Assembly (NCBI GenBank): GCA_049840735.1
Contig: JASGJN010000020.1
Coordinates: forward strand, 352,001 to 416,000
Reading direction: 5' to 3'
DNA from: Anaeromyxobacter sp.
GTDB lineage: Bacteria; Myxococcota; Myxococcia; Myxococcales; Anaeromyxobacteraceae
Length of the DNA: 64,000 nucleotides
Part shown: positions 33,270-48,048 of the stretch, one piece after another
How the letters are laid out: every line of letters starts with the position of its first letter
How positions within the stretch are numbered: the stretch's first letter is position 1
Translations under genes and position numbers: made by a program
The notes under the pieces: generated by a model
The model's input: only the letters and a program-made list of their open reading frames with translations
Told to the model about the DNA's origin: nothing
Databases searched by the model: none

Positions 33270-33379
33270 GCCCTTCGACTCCGCCGCGGGGACGCCGCGG
33301 CTACGCTCAGGGCGAACGGTTGTTCACGTCCGTTCGGCCTGGGCGTAGCGCCCGCGCAGCGGGCGCGGAGTCGAAGGCC
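33270..33379. repeat. Inverted pair of REP-like units (E, F) between convergent genes
   Basis: GCCCTTCGACTCCG-hairpin-CTACGCTCAGGGCGAACGG ... CCGTTCGGCCTGGGCGTAG-hairpin-CGGAGTCGAAGGCC. Confidence 0.85.
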
Positions 33380-33395
33380 AGGGGCGGCCAGCAGC

Positions 33396-33926
33396 CTACC
33401 CCCGCTGGATGAACCCCTCGGCCTCCAGCGCCGCCACCACCTCGGCGTCGCCCGGGCCGTCCTGGCCGCGGGCGGCGGAGCTGGCCAGCTGGTCCACGAT
33501 CTCGTTCACGGCGTGGCCGTCGTGGCCGCGGGTCCAGGCGTAGGTCACCTTCAGCGCGCGGCCGCGGGCGTCCAGCGCCTCGATCAGGTCGCGGTTGAGC
33601 ACCGGCTCACCGGCGGCGGTGCGCCAGCCCTTCTTGCGCCAGCCGTGGATCCACCTGGAGAGCGCGTCCACCACGTAGCGGGAGTCGGAGACCACGTCCA
33701 CCGCGGCGCCGTCGGGCAAGAGCTGCAGCGCCTCCAGCACCGCCCGCAGCTCCATGCGGTTGTTGGTGACCGCCCACTCGCCGTCGGTCACCCAGCGCGT
33801 CCCGCCGAAGCGGAAGGCCGGGCGCTCGCGGTCGAGCACGACGTAGCCGGTGCCGCCGGGGCCTCCCGGGTTCACCAGCGCCGAGCCGTCGGAGAAGACC
33901 AGGAACCGCGCGCGCTCGCCTGCCAT
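33396..33926 (-). CDS. rnhA: Ribonuclease HI
   Basis: [50 protein letters not shown]. Confidence 0.93.
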   Translation of the reverse strand: MAGERARFLVFSDGSALVNPGGPGGTGYVVLDRERPAFRFGGTRWVTDGEWAVTNNRMELRAVLEALQLLPDGAAVDVVSDSRYVVDALSRWIHGWRKKGWRTAAGEPVLNRDLIEALDARGRALKVTYAWTRGHDGHAVNEIVDQLASSAARGQDGPGDAEVVAALEAEGFIQRG

Positions 33927-33933
33927 GCGCCTG

Positions 33934-35376
33934 TCAGGCCCGGGCCAGGATGGCCGTCAGCAGCTTCCAGAAGGCCTGCACCGACGGGACGCTGACGTGC
34001 TCGTCGGGCGTGTGGACGTCCCACATGCTCGGGCCGATGGAAGCCATCTCCATGCCCGGGTACTTCTCGCCGATCAGGCCGCACTCCAGGCCGGCGTGGA
34101 TGGCCTTCACGATCATGGGCTTGCCGAACAGCTCCTCGTGCACGCCGTCCACCAGCTTCACCACCGCGCTGTCGGGCTCCGGCTTCCAGCCCGGGTAGCC
34201 GCCGGAGTGGCTGGGCTCGAAGCCGGCCAGCCGGGCCACGCCGGCGATGCGCGCGGCCAGCGCCGCCTTGGACGCGTCGATGGAGGAGCGGGAGAGGAAG
34301 ACCACCTCGACCGCGTCCGCCTGCGTGTCCACGATGCCCAGGTTGGTGGAGGTCTGGACCAGCCCGGCGATGTCCGGGCTCATGGCCTCCACGCCGTGCG
34401 GCCCGGCCAGGAGCAGGCCGACCAGCGCGCTGGCGTCGGCGGCGGGCAGCACCCGGTCGGCCGCGCCAGGCTCGACCGAGATGGCGACGCCCGGATCGAA
34501 GGCGCCCAGCGCGGCCTTCCACTCCCGCGCCAGGCGCTCCACGTCGGCGGTGACGGCCGCGGCGCGCCCCGGCTCCACCAGCACCACCGCGGCGGCCTCG
34601 CGCGGGATGGCGTTGCGCTTGTTCCCGCCCTTCACCGAGGCGAGCTGCAGCCCGTGCGGCGCCAGCGCGTCCAGCACCTGCCCCAGGATGCGGATGGCGT
34701 TGCCGCGGTTCCCCTGGATGTCGATGCCGGAGTGGCCGCCCTTGAGGCCGTACACCTTGATGCGCAGCGCCTGCCGCCCGGGCGCGGGCGCCGCGAAGGC
34801 CACCTTTCGCCGGGCCACCGTGTCCACGCCGCCGGCGCAGCCGATGGTCAGCTCCCCCTCCTCCTCGCTGTCGAGGTTGAGGAGGCGGGTGGCCTTCATC
34901 CAGCCCGGCTTGACGTTGTTGGCGCCGGTGAGGCCGGTCTCCTCGTCGATGGTGACCAGCAGCTCGAGCATGGGGTGCTGCAGGTCCTTCGCCGCCAGCA
35001 CCGCCAGGCCGGCCGCCACGCCGATGCCGTTGTCGGCGCCCAGCGTGGTCCCCCTGGCCCGGAGCACCTCGCCGTCGCGGAAGACCTGGATCGGATCCTT
35101 GGCGAAGTCGTGCGGCGTGCCCTCGTTCTTCTCGCAGACCATGTCCACGTGGGCCTGCATGGCCAGGCCGGGCCGGCCCTCGCGGCCGGGCGTGGCCGCC
35201 TTGCGGATGAGGACGTTGCCCACCGCGTCCTGCTCCACCTCGCAGCCGAGCGCCCGCCCCTGGTCCGCCACCCACTTCGCGGCGACCGCCTCCTGCTTGG
35301 AGGCGCGCGGGATCTTCGAGAGCGCGAGGAAGTAGGACCAGAGGGCCTTGGGCTCGAGGGTGTCGAGGTCGGACAT
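33934..35376 (-). CDS. pepD: Aminoacyl-histidine dipeptidase (M20C)
   Basis: [57 protein letters not shown]. Confidence 0.93.
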   Translation of the reverse strand: MSDLDTLEPKALWSYFLALSKIPRASKQEAVAAKWVADQGRALGCEVEQDAVGNVLIRKAATPGREGRPGLAMQAHVDMVCEKNEGTPHDFAKDPIQVFRDGEVLRARGTTLGADNGIGVAAGLAVLAAKDLQHPMLELLVTIDEETGLTGANNVKPGWMKATRLLNLDSEEEGELTIGCAGGVDTVARRKVAFAAPAPGRQALRIKVYGLKGGHSGIDIQGNRGNAIRILGQVLDALAPHGLQLASVKGGNKRNAIPREAAAVVLVEPGRAAAVTADVERLAREWKAALGAFDPGVAISVEPGAADRVLPAADASALVGLLLAGPHGVEAMSPDIAGLVQTSTNLGIVDTQADAVEVVFLSRSSIDASKAALAARIAGVARLAGFEPSHSGGYPGWKPEPDSAVVKLVDGVHEELFGKPMIVKAIHAGLECGLIGEKYPGMEMASIGPSMWDVHTPDEHVSVPSVQAFWKLLTAILARA

Positions 35377-35468
35377 GGTGGTGGTCTCTCCAGGGATGGG
35401 GCCGGCGCAATCTAGCAGGGTTCCGGCCCGCCGTGCGCCCGTCCGGACACCGTGGTACACCCCCGCCC

Positions 35469-36041
35469 ATGCGGATCTGCGTGTTCTGCGGCTCGGCCGA
35501 GGGGCGCCGGCCGGAGTACCGGGCGGCGGCGGAGGCGGTGGGTCGGACCCTGGCCTCGCGCGGCGTCGGGGTGGTGTACGGCGGCGGGCGCGTCGGGCTG
35601 ATGGGCGCGGTGGCCGACGGCGCGCTCTCGGCCGGCGGCGAGGTCATCGGCGTCATCCCCACCGCCCTCATGAACCGTGAGCTGGGCCACCCCGGCTGCA
35701 CCCAGCTGCACGTGGTCGAGACCATGCACGAGCGCAAGGCGCTCATGGCCCAGCTGTCCGACGCCTTCGTGGCGCTCCCCGGCGGCGTGGGGACCATGGA
35801 GGAGCTGTTCGAGGCCTGGACCTGGTCCGGCCTGGGCATCCACGCCAAGCCGGTGGCCCTCGTCGATCTCGACGGCTTCTACGATCCGCTGCTTCAGATG
35901 ATGGACCGGATGGTGGCGGAGGGGTTCCTGCCCGAGCGCTACCGCCAGGCGCTGATCGTCGCGCCGGACGCGCCGGCGCTGCTGGCGGCGCTGGACGCCT
36001 ACCGACCGCCGCCGGACCGGTGGTCCACGGTCAAGCCGTAG
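35469..36041 (+). CDS. LOG family (TIGR00730-like) nucleotide phosphoribohydrolase
   Basis: ICVFCGS, VYGGG..GLMG, MHERK, PGGVGTMEE, KPV. Confidence 0.92.
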   Translation: MRICVFCGSAEGRRPEYRAAAEAVGRTLASRGVGVVYGGGRVGLMGAVADGALSAGGEVIGVIPTALMNRELGHPGCTQLHVVETMHERKALMAQLSDAFVALPGGVGTMEELFEAWTWSGLGIHAKPVALVDLDGFYDPLLQMMDRMVAEGFLPERYRQALIVAPDAPALLAALDAYRPPPDRWSTVKP

Positions 36042-36050
36042 CCAGGCCGC

Positions 36051-36506
36051 TCACCGCTTCCCGTCGCGCCCGTAGGCCGCCTCGGCGGAGATGCCCAGCC
36101 GCCGCAGCGTCTCGCGGTCGGGCATGCCGGTCTCGGCCAGCCCCTCGTCCCCCTGGAACCTCCGGACGGCAGCGCTGGTGGGCGAGTCCAGCTCGCCCTG
36201 TCGCGCCCCGCCGGCCAGGTAGCCGCGGCTCCGCAGCGCCTGCTGCAGCTCCTCCACCGCGCCGGGCGCGAGCAGCCCCTCCGGCGCCGCCGGCACGCGC
36301 GCCACCTCCCCGCGCGGCGGCACGCCCGCCTCCGCCTGGTCGTCCGGCGCCTCCGGCCTGGGCCGGCTCGAGCCGCCGTCCTGGCCGCCCTTGCCCTCCC
36401 CCGCCGACGCGCGGTCCGGCCGCTCCGGCTCCGCCTTCTGCCGGTGGCCGCAGCCGGCCAGCAGCACCAGCACCAGCGCCACGCCCGCCCTGTCCGCCCG
36501 GTTCAC
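36051..36506 (-). CDS. Peptidoglycan-binding lipoprotein
   Basis: GTG start overlapping upstream stop; LLAGC lipobox; LQQALRSRGY...T.AAVRRFQ...GL.ETG.PD..TL. Confidence 0.8.
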   Translation of the reverse strand: MNRADRAGVALVLVLLAGCGHRQKAEPERPDRASAGEGKGGQDGGSSRPRPEAPDDQAEAGVPPRGEVARVPAAPEGLLAPGAVEELQQALRSRGYLAGGARQGELDSPTSAAVRRFQGDEGLAETGMPDRETLRRLGISAEAAYGRDGKR

Positions 36507-37655
36507 CGCTTCTTCTCCTTGTCCGGCTGCGCGCGGGGCTGGCCCGCCTCCGGCGAGAGCGCCCGCCGCGCCTGCTGGAGCACCCCCTGCTTCTCCTTGG
36601 CGTGCGGCGGCGGCAGCCCCTCGAGCCCGCCCTCCAGGCCGCGCACAAAGGCGTTGCGCAGGATGCCCATGATGGTCGGTACCGCCTGCACCTGCGGCCC
36701 GCTCACCGTCCCTTCGATTCGGGATGGTGGTGGCCACCTTCCCGGTGTCATCGTCCTTGAAGATGGCCAGCGCCAGGTCGCCGACGAGCGCCTTGAGCGC
36801 CGCCCCGAGCCCGGGGTGCGCGGCGCGCAGGTCCGCGCCCTGCACCACCGGCCGGACGCCGCCGGTGAGCTTGCCGTCCTGGGCCAGGAAGCGGAGGTAG
36901 AGGTCGAGGGTCCCCTGCTCCGGCACCACGTCCGACCTGGCGGCCAGCACCGACCCCAGCTCGCGCAGCCGCAGGCCGCGCAGCGTTCCCTGGCCGGCGA
37001 AGGTGAGCGCCTTGGCCAGCGGGTCGGCGGTGGCGAACACCGAGACCTGCCCGCTCTCCTGCAGGGTCCCGCGCGCGGCCAGCACGGTCGGCTCGTGCCG
37101 GGCCAGCGCGGCCCGGGTGGCGAAGTTCTCGACGGTGGCCTCGACGCCGTGGAGCCAGAGCGCCGGCTTCTCCGGCTCGCGCTCGTCCACCCAGGTCAGC
37201 TCCCCCCGCTTCACCTGGATCCGGTCCAGGCGGAAGGGGAAGAGCCGGTTCAGCCGCTCGCCGACCGTCGGCGCCTCCTTGGCCCCCTGCTGCCGCGCGG
37301 CGCCGTGGGCGGAGATGAGCGTGAGCTTGGGGTCCTCCAGCTCGAGCGCCCCCACCACCTGCCCGTGCAGCAGCTCCTTGGCGTACAGGCCGAAATGGGC
37401 CCGCTCCACCTGCACGAAGGGCAGGCGCGGGCCACCTGCCGTGACCTTCTCCACGCGCAGGGCGACGAATCTGGCCGAGAGGCTCCAGATCCGGACGTTC
37501 ACCTCGCGCACGGTGGCGCGCATGCCCGGCAGGCCGGCCAGCGAGCGCCGGATGCGGTGCTCGAGGTAGGGCCCAGCCGCGAACGAGGCGGCCACCACCA
37601 GCAGCACCAGCACGCCCAGCACGGCGGCCAGGATCTTGAGCACGCGGCGGGACAT
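36503..37655 (-). CDS. DUF748/AsmA-like protein; +1 frameshift at 36716-36720 creates an artificial fusion in the ORF track
   Basis: N-terminal TM, beta-rich body, corrected end KVATTIPIEGTV...ILRNAFVRGL...DKEKKR* at 36503. Confidence 0.75.
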
Positions 37656-37692
37656 GGCTCCCGCCCTTCAAGGTAGGGGCTCCGCCCGGTCG

Positions 37693-38755
37693 CTACCGCA
37701 GCGCCTGCTCCAGGTCGGCGGCCAGGTCCTCGAAGTCCTCCAGCCCCACCGAGACGCGGAGCAGCCCCGGGGGCGCCTCCGGATCGTGGCGGCGCCGCCA
37801 GTCGATGAGCGACTCGACGCCGCCCAGCGAGGTGGCCTCGCGCACCAGCTGCAGCCGGCGGGGGAGCGCGCGGGCGGCGTCCTCGCTGGCCACCTCGAAC
37901 GACAGGATGGGCCCCGGCCCGCTCATCTGGCGCTGCGCCAGCGCGTGGCCGGGGTGGCTGGGGAGCGAGGGGTGCCACACCCGCTGCACCCGCGGCTCGA
38001 GCCACTGGGCGAGCCGCGTGGCAGTCTCGGTCTGGCGGCGGACCCGGACGCCCAGGGTGCGGACGCCGCGCAGGACCAGCCAGGTCTCGAGCGCGCCCGG
38101 CACCGCCCCGGTGACGGTGCGCGCCTTGCGCAGCGCCTCGGCCAGGGCCGGCTCGCCGGCGATGCAGCACGCCGCCCAGCGCGTCGGAGTGGCCGGAGAG
38201 GAACTTGGTCATGGAGTGCATGACCAGATCGGCCCCCAGGGCCAGGGGGCGCTGCAGGACCGGCGTGGCGAAGGTGCTGTCCACCACCACCCGCGCGCCC
38301 ACCGCCCGGGCCCGCGCCACGTGGGCGGCGATGTCCTGCTGCTCGCAGGTGGGGTTCCGGGGGGTCTCCAGCCAAATCACGTCCCCCTTCTCCACCTCGG
38401 CGTCCAGCGGGACCTTCTCCGTCCCCAGCCCCCTGAGCGCGTCCAGGGCCGCCTGCGTGCCGTGGTAGCCGCCGCGCTGGATGGCCACCTTGCGCGGGGC
38501 CAGGTGGAGGAGCGCGGCCGTGGTGGCCGCCTGCCCGGAGGCGTAGACCACCGCGGCGCCCCCCTCCAGCGCGCCCAGCACCGCCTCCAGCCGGCGGCGC
38601 GTGGGCTGCTCCTCGCGGGAGTAGACCAGCCCCTCGGCGTTGCCGGCCTCGAAGGTCGTCGAGAGGTGCAGCGGCGGGGCGATATCGGGGGACGGCTCGA
38701 GCCCCTCGTCGGCGTGCACGGCCAGGGTCTCGGGGCGCAGGTCGGTCCGCTTCAT
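37693..38755 (-). CDS. Cys/Met metabolism PLP-dependent transferase (cystathionine gamma-synthase/lyase family); frameshift near 38160-38167
   Basis: ETLAVH, PLHLSTTF, YSR..PT, WLETP.NP, VVDSTFATP, HSMTKFLSGHSD, RGVRTL, ATSLGGVESL, LLRVSVGLED. Confidence 0.88.
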
Positions 38756-39024
38756 GGGGCGCATCCTCGCCTCGCCCCTGCGCCGAGGCAAGCCGCACCC
38801 GGTGTCCGCGCCCCGCCCGCCCAGCCGGCGCGCAGGCGGCGGGCCGCCGGGGAAGATCACCGACCGTCACGGTCGCCGTGCACCCCGTCCGTCCCCGGGT
38901 GGGGGCTTTGGCTGGGGCGGCTTCCCGGGTACGGAATCACTCGGTGGGCCGCGGTCCTGACGTGGCGATTCGCCGCGTTTCGGGGAGCAGGCGCGGCGAC
39001 AACAAGCCACATAGGATACGCGCC

Positions 39025-40210
39025 ATGGCCAAGAAACGCGTTGGGATCCTGACCGGCGGCGGTGACGTCCCCGGCCTGAACGCTGTCATCAAGAGCGTCG
39101 TCTACAGGGGGGCCGAGCACGATATCGAGGTCATCGGCATCCGCCGCGGCTGGGAGGGGCTGACGCACCTCAACGTCGAGGATCCGGAGAGCCGCGCCCG
39201 CTACGTGCTACCGCTCACGCGCGACAACACCCGCACCATCGACCGGACGGGCGGCACGTTCCTGCACTCGTCCCGCACCAACCCGGCCAAGATGAAGAAG
39301 CTCCCCAAGCACCTCGAGGGGAAGGACTTCCCGGTCGCGCAGAGCACCAAGGGCGGGTCCACCACCACCACCTACGACGTCTCGAAGCAGGTCCTGAAGA
39401 ACCTCGAGTCGCTCGGGCTCGACTACCTGCTGGCCATCGGCGGCGACGACACGCTCTCCTACGCCGCCCGCCTCCACCAGCTCGGGTTCAAGGTCATCGC
39501 GATCCCGAAGACGATGGACAACGACGTCCGGAACACCGAGTACTGCATCGGGTTCTCGACCGCGATCACGCGGGCCATGGACGCCATCGAGCGGCAGCGC
39601 ACCACCGTCGGCTCGCACGAGCGCATCGGCATCTTCCGCGTCTTCGGGCGCGACGCCGGCTTCACCGCGCTCTACACCGCCTACGTCACCTCAATCCGCT
39701 GCTGCATCCCCGAGTTCAAGCCCAAGCTCGAGAATCTGATCGACCTGCTGGTGACCGACAAGCGGACCAACCCCTCCGCCTACTCGCTGGTGGTGCTCTC
39801 CGAGGGCGCCGAGTGGGAGGGCTACAAGGTCCAGGAGTACGGCGACGCCGACGCCTACGGCCACCGCAAGAAGGCCAGCGTGGCCGAGTCGCTCTCCGAC
39901 GAGATCAAGCGCCGCACCGGCGAGGAGACCATCGTCTCCGACCTCACCTACGACCTGCGCTCCGGCGACCCGGACTTCATCGACAAGCTGGTGGCCTCCA
40001 CCTTCGGCACGCTGGCCTTCGACGCCCTGCTGCAGAACCAGAGCGGCGTGATGGCGGCGCTGGTGGACGGCAAGTACGACATGGTGCCCATCCCCGACCC
40101 GAAGCTCGGGCCCAGGAAGGTGGACGTGGCCACGATGTACAACACCGAGCGCTGCCGGCCGAACTACGCCAACAAGCGCGGGCTGCCCATCTTCCTGAAC
40201 CGGAATCTGA
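39025..40210 (+). CDS. pfkA: 6-phosphofructokinase family protein; likely stop TGA 40208-40210 after correcting GAATC
   Basis: ILTGGGDVPGLN, GGTFLHSSR, IGGDDT, IPKTMDND, IGFSTA, GRDAG, SEGA. Confidence 0.9.
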
Positions 40211-40305
40211 GGCGTCCCGACCTCGGGCCTCGGGCTCCAGACCGGAGGCCAGCCAGGCCCCATGCCCTCCCCGGGCGTGGGGCCTCGCCGCTTCAGCGAG
40301 CGGCC

Positions 40306-40702
40306 TCAGCGGTGCTGGTGCGCCCGCGCCGCCGCGAAGCCGACGTCGATGGCGGCGTAGTCGCAGGTCAGCTCGTCGCCGACCGCGATGTCCCGCGCCG
40401 CCACCGTCACGCCGCCGTCGGGCGCCGGGGTGTCGAGGCAGTTGGGGTCGTCGGCGTGGTTGAAGAAGCGGGCGTCGTCGCCGCACAGGACGAAGGTGCG
40501 GAGCACCGGGTCCTGGTAGGTGTACTTGGCGATCTGCTCCCGGCAGTGGGGGGAGAGCCCCTCGAATCTCGCCGGCGGTGAGCTGCCGGTCGACGACGGG
40601 GTGCAGCCGCCACACCACGGTGCCGCGCGGGATCGGCTCGGCGGCGAACAGCCCGATGCCGTGGATGTGGCTCCGGTCGAGATAGGTCTTCACGAGCAGC
40701 AT
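40306..40702 (-). CDS. SET domain protein; +1 frameshift at 40564-40568
   Basis: SHIHGIGLFA...I.RGT.VW, ARFFNHADDPNC, AARDI..GDELTCDY. Confidence 0.88.
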
Positions 40703-40874
40703 GCGTCCGGGGAATCTCACGCCCCTTCCGGCGCGGCGCAACGAGAAGCGTGCCGCAGGGCAGACATCCGCCCCTCGAAGGACCAGGCAGGCGGCAGCGA
40801 ACCCCTGCCCAAGCGGGCCTTCACGCGGCCCGCACCTCAGGCCGAAGCTTCGGCGGAAGATTGGAGCTTCCGCG

Positions 40875-43160
40875 GTGAGACGACGAACTCCAGCCCTGCC
40901 CCGGCTCAGGCGCCACGCTGCCGCGGCGGTGGTGGCGGCCGTGGGCGTGGCCTGCTCCGCCGCCGCCTACCGGCTGGTCCGGGAGAGCCTGGCGGAGCGG
41001 CAGGAGCAGCGGGTGCGCGAGGTGGTCGCCACCCGGACCGCGGCGCTGCGGGACCGGCTCGACGCATACGCCGCCCTGCTGCGGGCCGGCGCCGGCCTGC
41101 TGCAGGTGCTCGGCCGCGACCCGACGGTGGAGGAGTTCCGGTCCTTCGTGGAGGCGCTGGACCTGCCGGCGCACGCCCCGGGCCTGCAGGGCCTCGGCTG
41201 GACCAAGCTGCTGCAGGCCTCGCAGGTCGAGGTGCACGAGGCCGAGCAGCGCTCGCTCGGCTGGTCCACCTACCGGGTCTGGCCGCGGGGCGACCGCCCC
41301 CAGTACACGGCCATCGACGCGCTGGAGCCGCTCGACTGGCGCAACCGCCGGGCCATCGGCTACGACATGTACTCCGAGCCGGTGCGCCGCGCCGCCATGG
41401 ACCGCGCCGCCGAGTCGGGCGAGGTGGCCGCCACCGGCAAGGTGGAGCTGGTCCAGGAGGCCGGGGAGCAGCGCCAGGCCGGCTTCCTCATGTACTTCGC
41501 CGTCTACCGCGACGCCCAGCGGGCGGCGCCGGACCAGGAGCGGGTGGTGCGCGGGTGGCTCTACGCGCCGTTCCGGGTCCACGACCTGGTGCTGGCGGTG
41601 CTGGGGCCGCCCGATCCCGCCATCCGGCTGGAGCTGTACGACGGGCCCGCGCCGCTGCCGGAGGACCAGCTGATCGCCACCGGCCCCCAGGTGGCGCGTC
41701 CGCTCTTCCTCCGCGACGCCACGCTGGACGTGGGCGGCCGGCCCTGGCTGGTGCACTTCCTGGTCTCCCCCGACTTCGCCTCGCGCGGCGAGACGGCGCT
41801 GCCGCCGGCGGCGCTGGCCGCCGGGCTGCTCCTGACCCTGCTCGTCACCTGGGTGACCGCCGGGGAGGCCAACGCCCGCCGCCGCGCCGAGCGCGCCTCG
41901 CGCCGCACCTCCTTCCTGGCGGAGGCGGGCAAGCTGCTGGCGTCGTCGCTCGACTACCGCCGGACGCTGGAGGAGGTGATCCACCTGGCGGCCGAGCGGC
42001 TGGACGTGGCCTCCGCGGCCTGCCTGCTGGAGGCGGAGGGGGAGCGCTGGGTGGCGGCCCAGGGCGACCCTGCACAGGCCCGGCGCCTGCTCGAGGCGCT
42101 GGTGGCCGAGGGGCTGGACCCCGAGTCGCGCGCCGGCATCGCCGCCGCGCTGCGCGTGCGCGGGACGGTGGCCCTGGACGGCGTGGCCGCAGCCCCCGAG
42201 GCCCAGGCGCGGACGCCCGGGCTGGCCGCGGCGCTGCGCGAGCTGGAGGTCCACGCGGCCCTGCACGTCCCGCTGCTGGCCCGCGGCGAGCGGCTGGGCG
42301 GGATCTCGCTGCTGGCCTGCCGCGGGCGGGCCGCCTTCGACTGCCACGACGTGACGCTGGCCGAGGACCTGGGGCGGCTGGCGGCGGCCGCGGTGGACAC
42401 GGCCCGCCTCTACCGCGACGCCCAGGACGCCATCCGCGCCCGCGACGAGTTCCTCTCCATCGCCTCCCACGAGCTCAAGACCCCGCTCACCTCGCTGGCG
42501 CTCCAGTCCGACAGCCTGCGGGCGGTGGCGCGGCGCTCGAAGGACCAGGGCCTGGCGGGCAAGGCCGAGGTGGTGCGGCGCAACGTGGAGCGGCTGGTCC
42601 GGCTGGTGGCCAGCCTGCTCGACATCTCGCGCATCACCGCCGGGCGGCTGGAGCTGGAGCTGGAGGACGTGGACCTGGCGGCCGTGGCGCGCGAGGTGGC
42701 CCACCGGTTCGAGGAGGAGGCCCAGCGGGCCGGCTGCGCGCTGGGGCTGGAGCTGGATGGGCACGTGGTGGGGCGCTGGGACCGGCTGCGGGTGGACCAG
42801 GTGGTCACCAACCTGCTCTCCAACGCCATCAAGTACGGCCAGGGCCAGCCCATCGACGTGCGGGTGAGCGCCCAGGCCGACCGGGCGGTGCTGGCCGTGC
42901 GCGACCACGGCATCGGCATCGCCCCGGCCGACCAGCCGCGGATCTTCGAGCGGTTCGAGCGCGCCGTCTCCAAGCGCAACTACGGCGGCTTCGGCCTGGG
43001 GCTCTGGATCGTGCGCCAGCTGGTGGAGGCCATGGGCGGCACGGTGCGGGTCGAGAGCGCGCCGGGCCAGGGGGCGCTCTTCACGGTGGAGCTGGTGCGC
43101 ACGCCGACGCCGCTCAGGCCTCCCGCCCCGGCCACGGGCGACGCCCGCGAGCACGCCTGA
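40875..43160 (+). CDS. CHASE-GAF sensor histidine kinase (start uncertain)
   Basis: CHASE motifs PGLQGLG, RNRRAIGYDM.SE..RR.AM, LVQE; GAF; SHELKTPL, NLLSNAIKY, DHGIGI, GFGLGL. Confidence 0.9.
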   Translation: MRRRTPALPRLRRHAAAAVVAAVGVACSAAAYRLVRESLAERQEQRVREVVATRTAALRDRLDAYAALLRAGAGLLQVLGRDPTVEEFRSFVEALDLPAHAPGLQGLGWTKLLQASQVEVHEAEQRSLGWSTYRVWPRGDRPQYTAIDALEPLDWRNRRAIGYDMYSEPVRRAAMDRAAESGEVAATGKVELVQEAGEQRQAGFLMYFAVYRDAQRAAPDQERVVRGWLYAPFRVHDLVLAVLGPPDPAIRLELYDGPAPLPEDQLIATGPQVARPLFLRDATLDVGGRPWLVHFLVSPDFASRGETALPPAALAAGLLLTLLVTWVTAGEANARRRAERASRRTSFLAEAGKLLASSLDYRRTLEEVIHLAAERLDVASAACLLEAEGERWVAAQGDPAQARRLLEALVAEGLDPESRAGIAAALRVRGTVALDGVAAAPEAQARTPGLAAALRELEVHAALHVPLLARGERLGGISLLACRGRAAFDCHDVTLAEDLGRLAAAAVDTARLYRDAQDAIRARDEFLSIASHELKTPLTSLALQSDSLRAVARRSKDQGLAGKAEVVRRNVERLVRLVASLLDISRITAGRLELELEDVDLAAVAREVAHRFEEEAQRAGCALGLELDGHVVGRWDRLRVDQVVTNLLSNAIKYGQGQPIDVRVSAQADRAVLAVRDHGIGIAPADQPRIFERFERAVSKRNYGGFGLGLWIVRQLVEAMGGTVRVESAPGQGALFTVELVRTPTPLRPPAPATGDAREHA

Positions 43161-43179
43161 GCGGCGCGAGGGCCCGGCC

Positions 43180-47701
<4,522 letters not shown>

Positions 47702-47808
47702 CCCGGCTGTTCTAACCCAGCCCTCCCACGTCCGCGCGCGTGCGGCGAACGGGTCACGGGACCCGGGCCAGGCTCGTCCCTCCCGGACACGCTGCAGGAG
47801 GAGACGCC

Positions 47809-48027
47809 ATGGAGCCCGGGAGCAATCACCTCCAGAACATCCTGGTGGTCGAGCGGATCGAGCCCGCGCTCGCGTACTGGGACCGGCTCGGCCTGGCGCG
47901 GGTGATGGAGGCCCCTGAGGGCGAGTGGCCGGGGGCGCGGCTCGGCTTCGCCATCCTCGCCGGCGGAGGCATCGAGGTCATGGGTGGCGCCGGAAACGTG
48001 GTGGTGTTCGCCCGCATGCCGGCCTGA
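47809..48027 (+). pseudogene. Short VOC/glyoxalase-like ORF, apparently internally deleted
   Basis: AGGAGG RBS; LVVERIEPALAYW.RLG...GFAIL..GGIEVM joined directly to the terminal GNVVVFA motif; 72 aa. Confidence 0.5.
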
Positions 48028-48048
48028 GAGGACGGCCGGCGGCGCCCG

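Noticed and set aside
10057..33379. REP-like units as a CRISPR array or tRNA fragments
   Set aside because: Dispersed and inverted rather than tandem with spacers; no cas genes; TTCGACTCC resembles a T-loop but there is no cloverleaf
36051..37655. DUF748-peptidoglycan-binding fusion protein in the ORF track
   Set aside because: Artefact of the +1 base at 36716-36720; correction gives two genes overlapping at GTGA
38878..40581. PFK with long C-terminal extension
   Set aside because: Read-through caused by GAATC at 40203-40207; the extension is antisense to the SET gene
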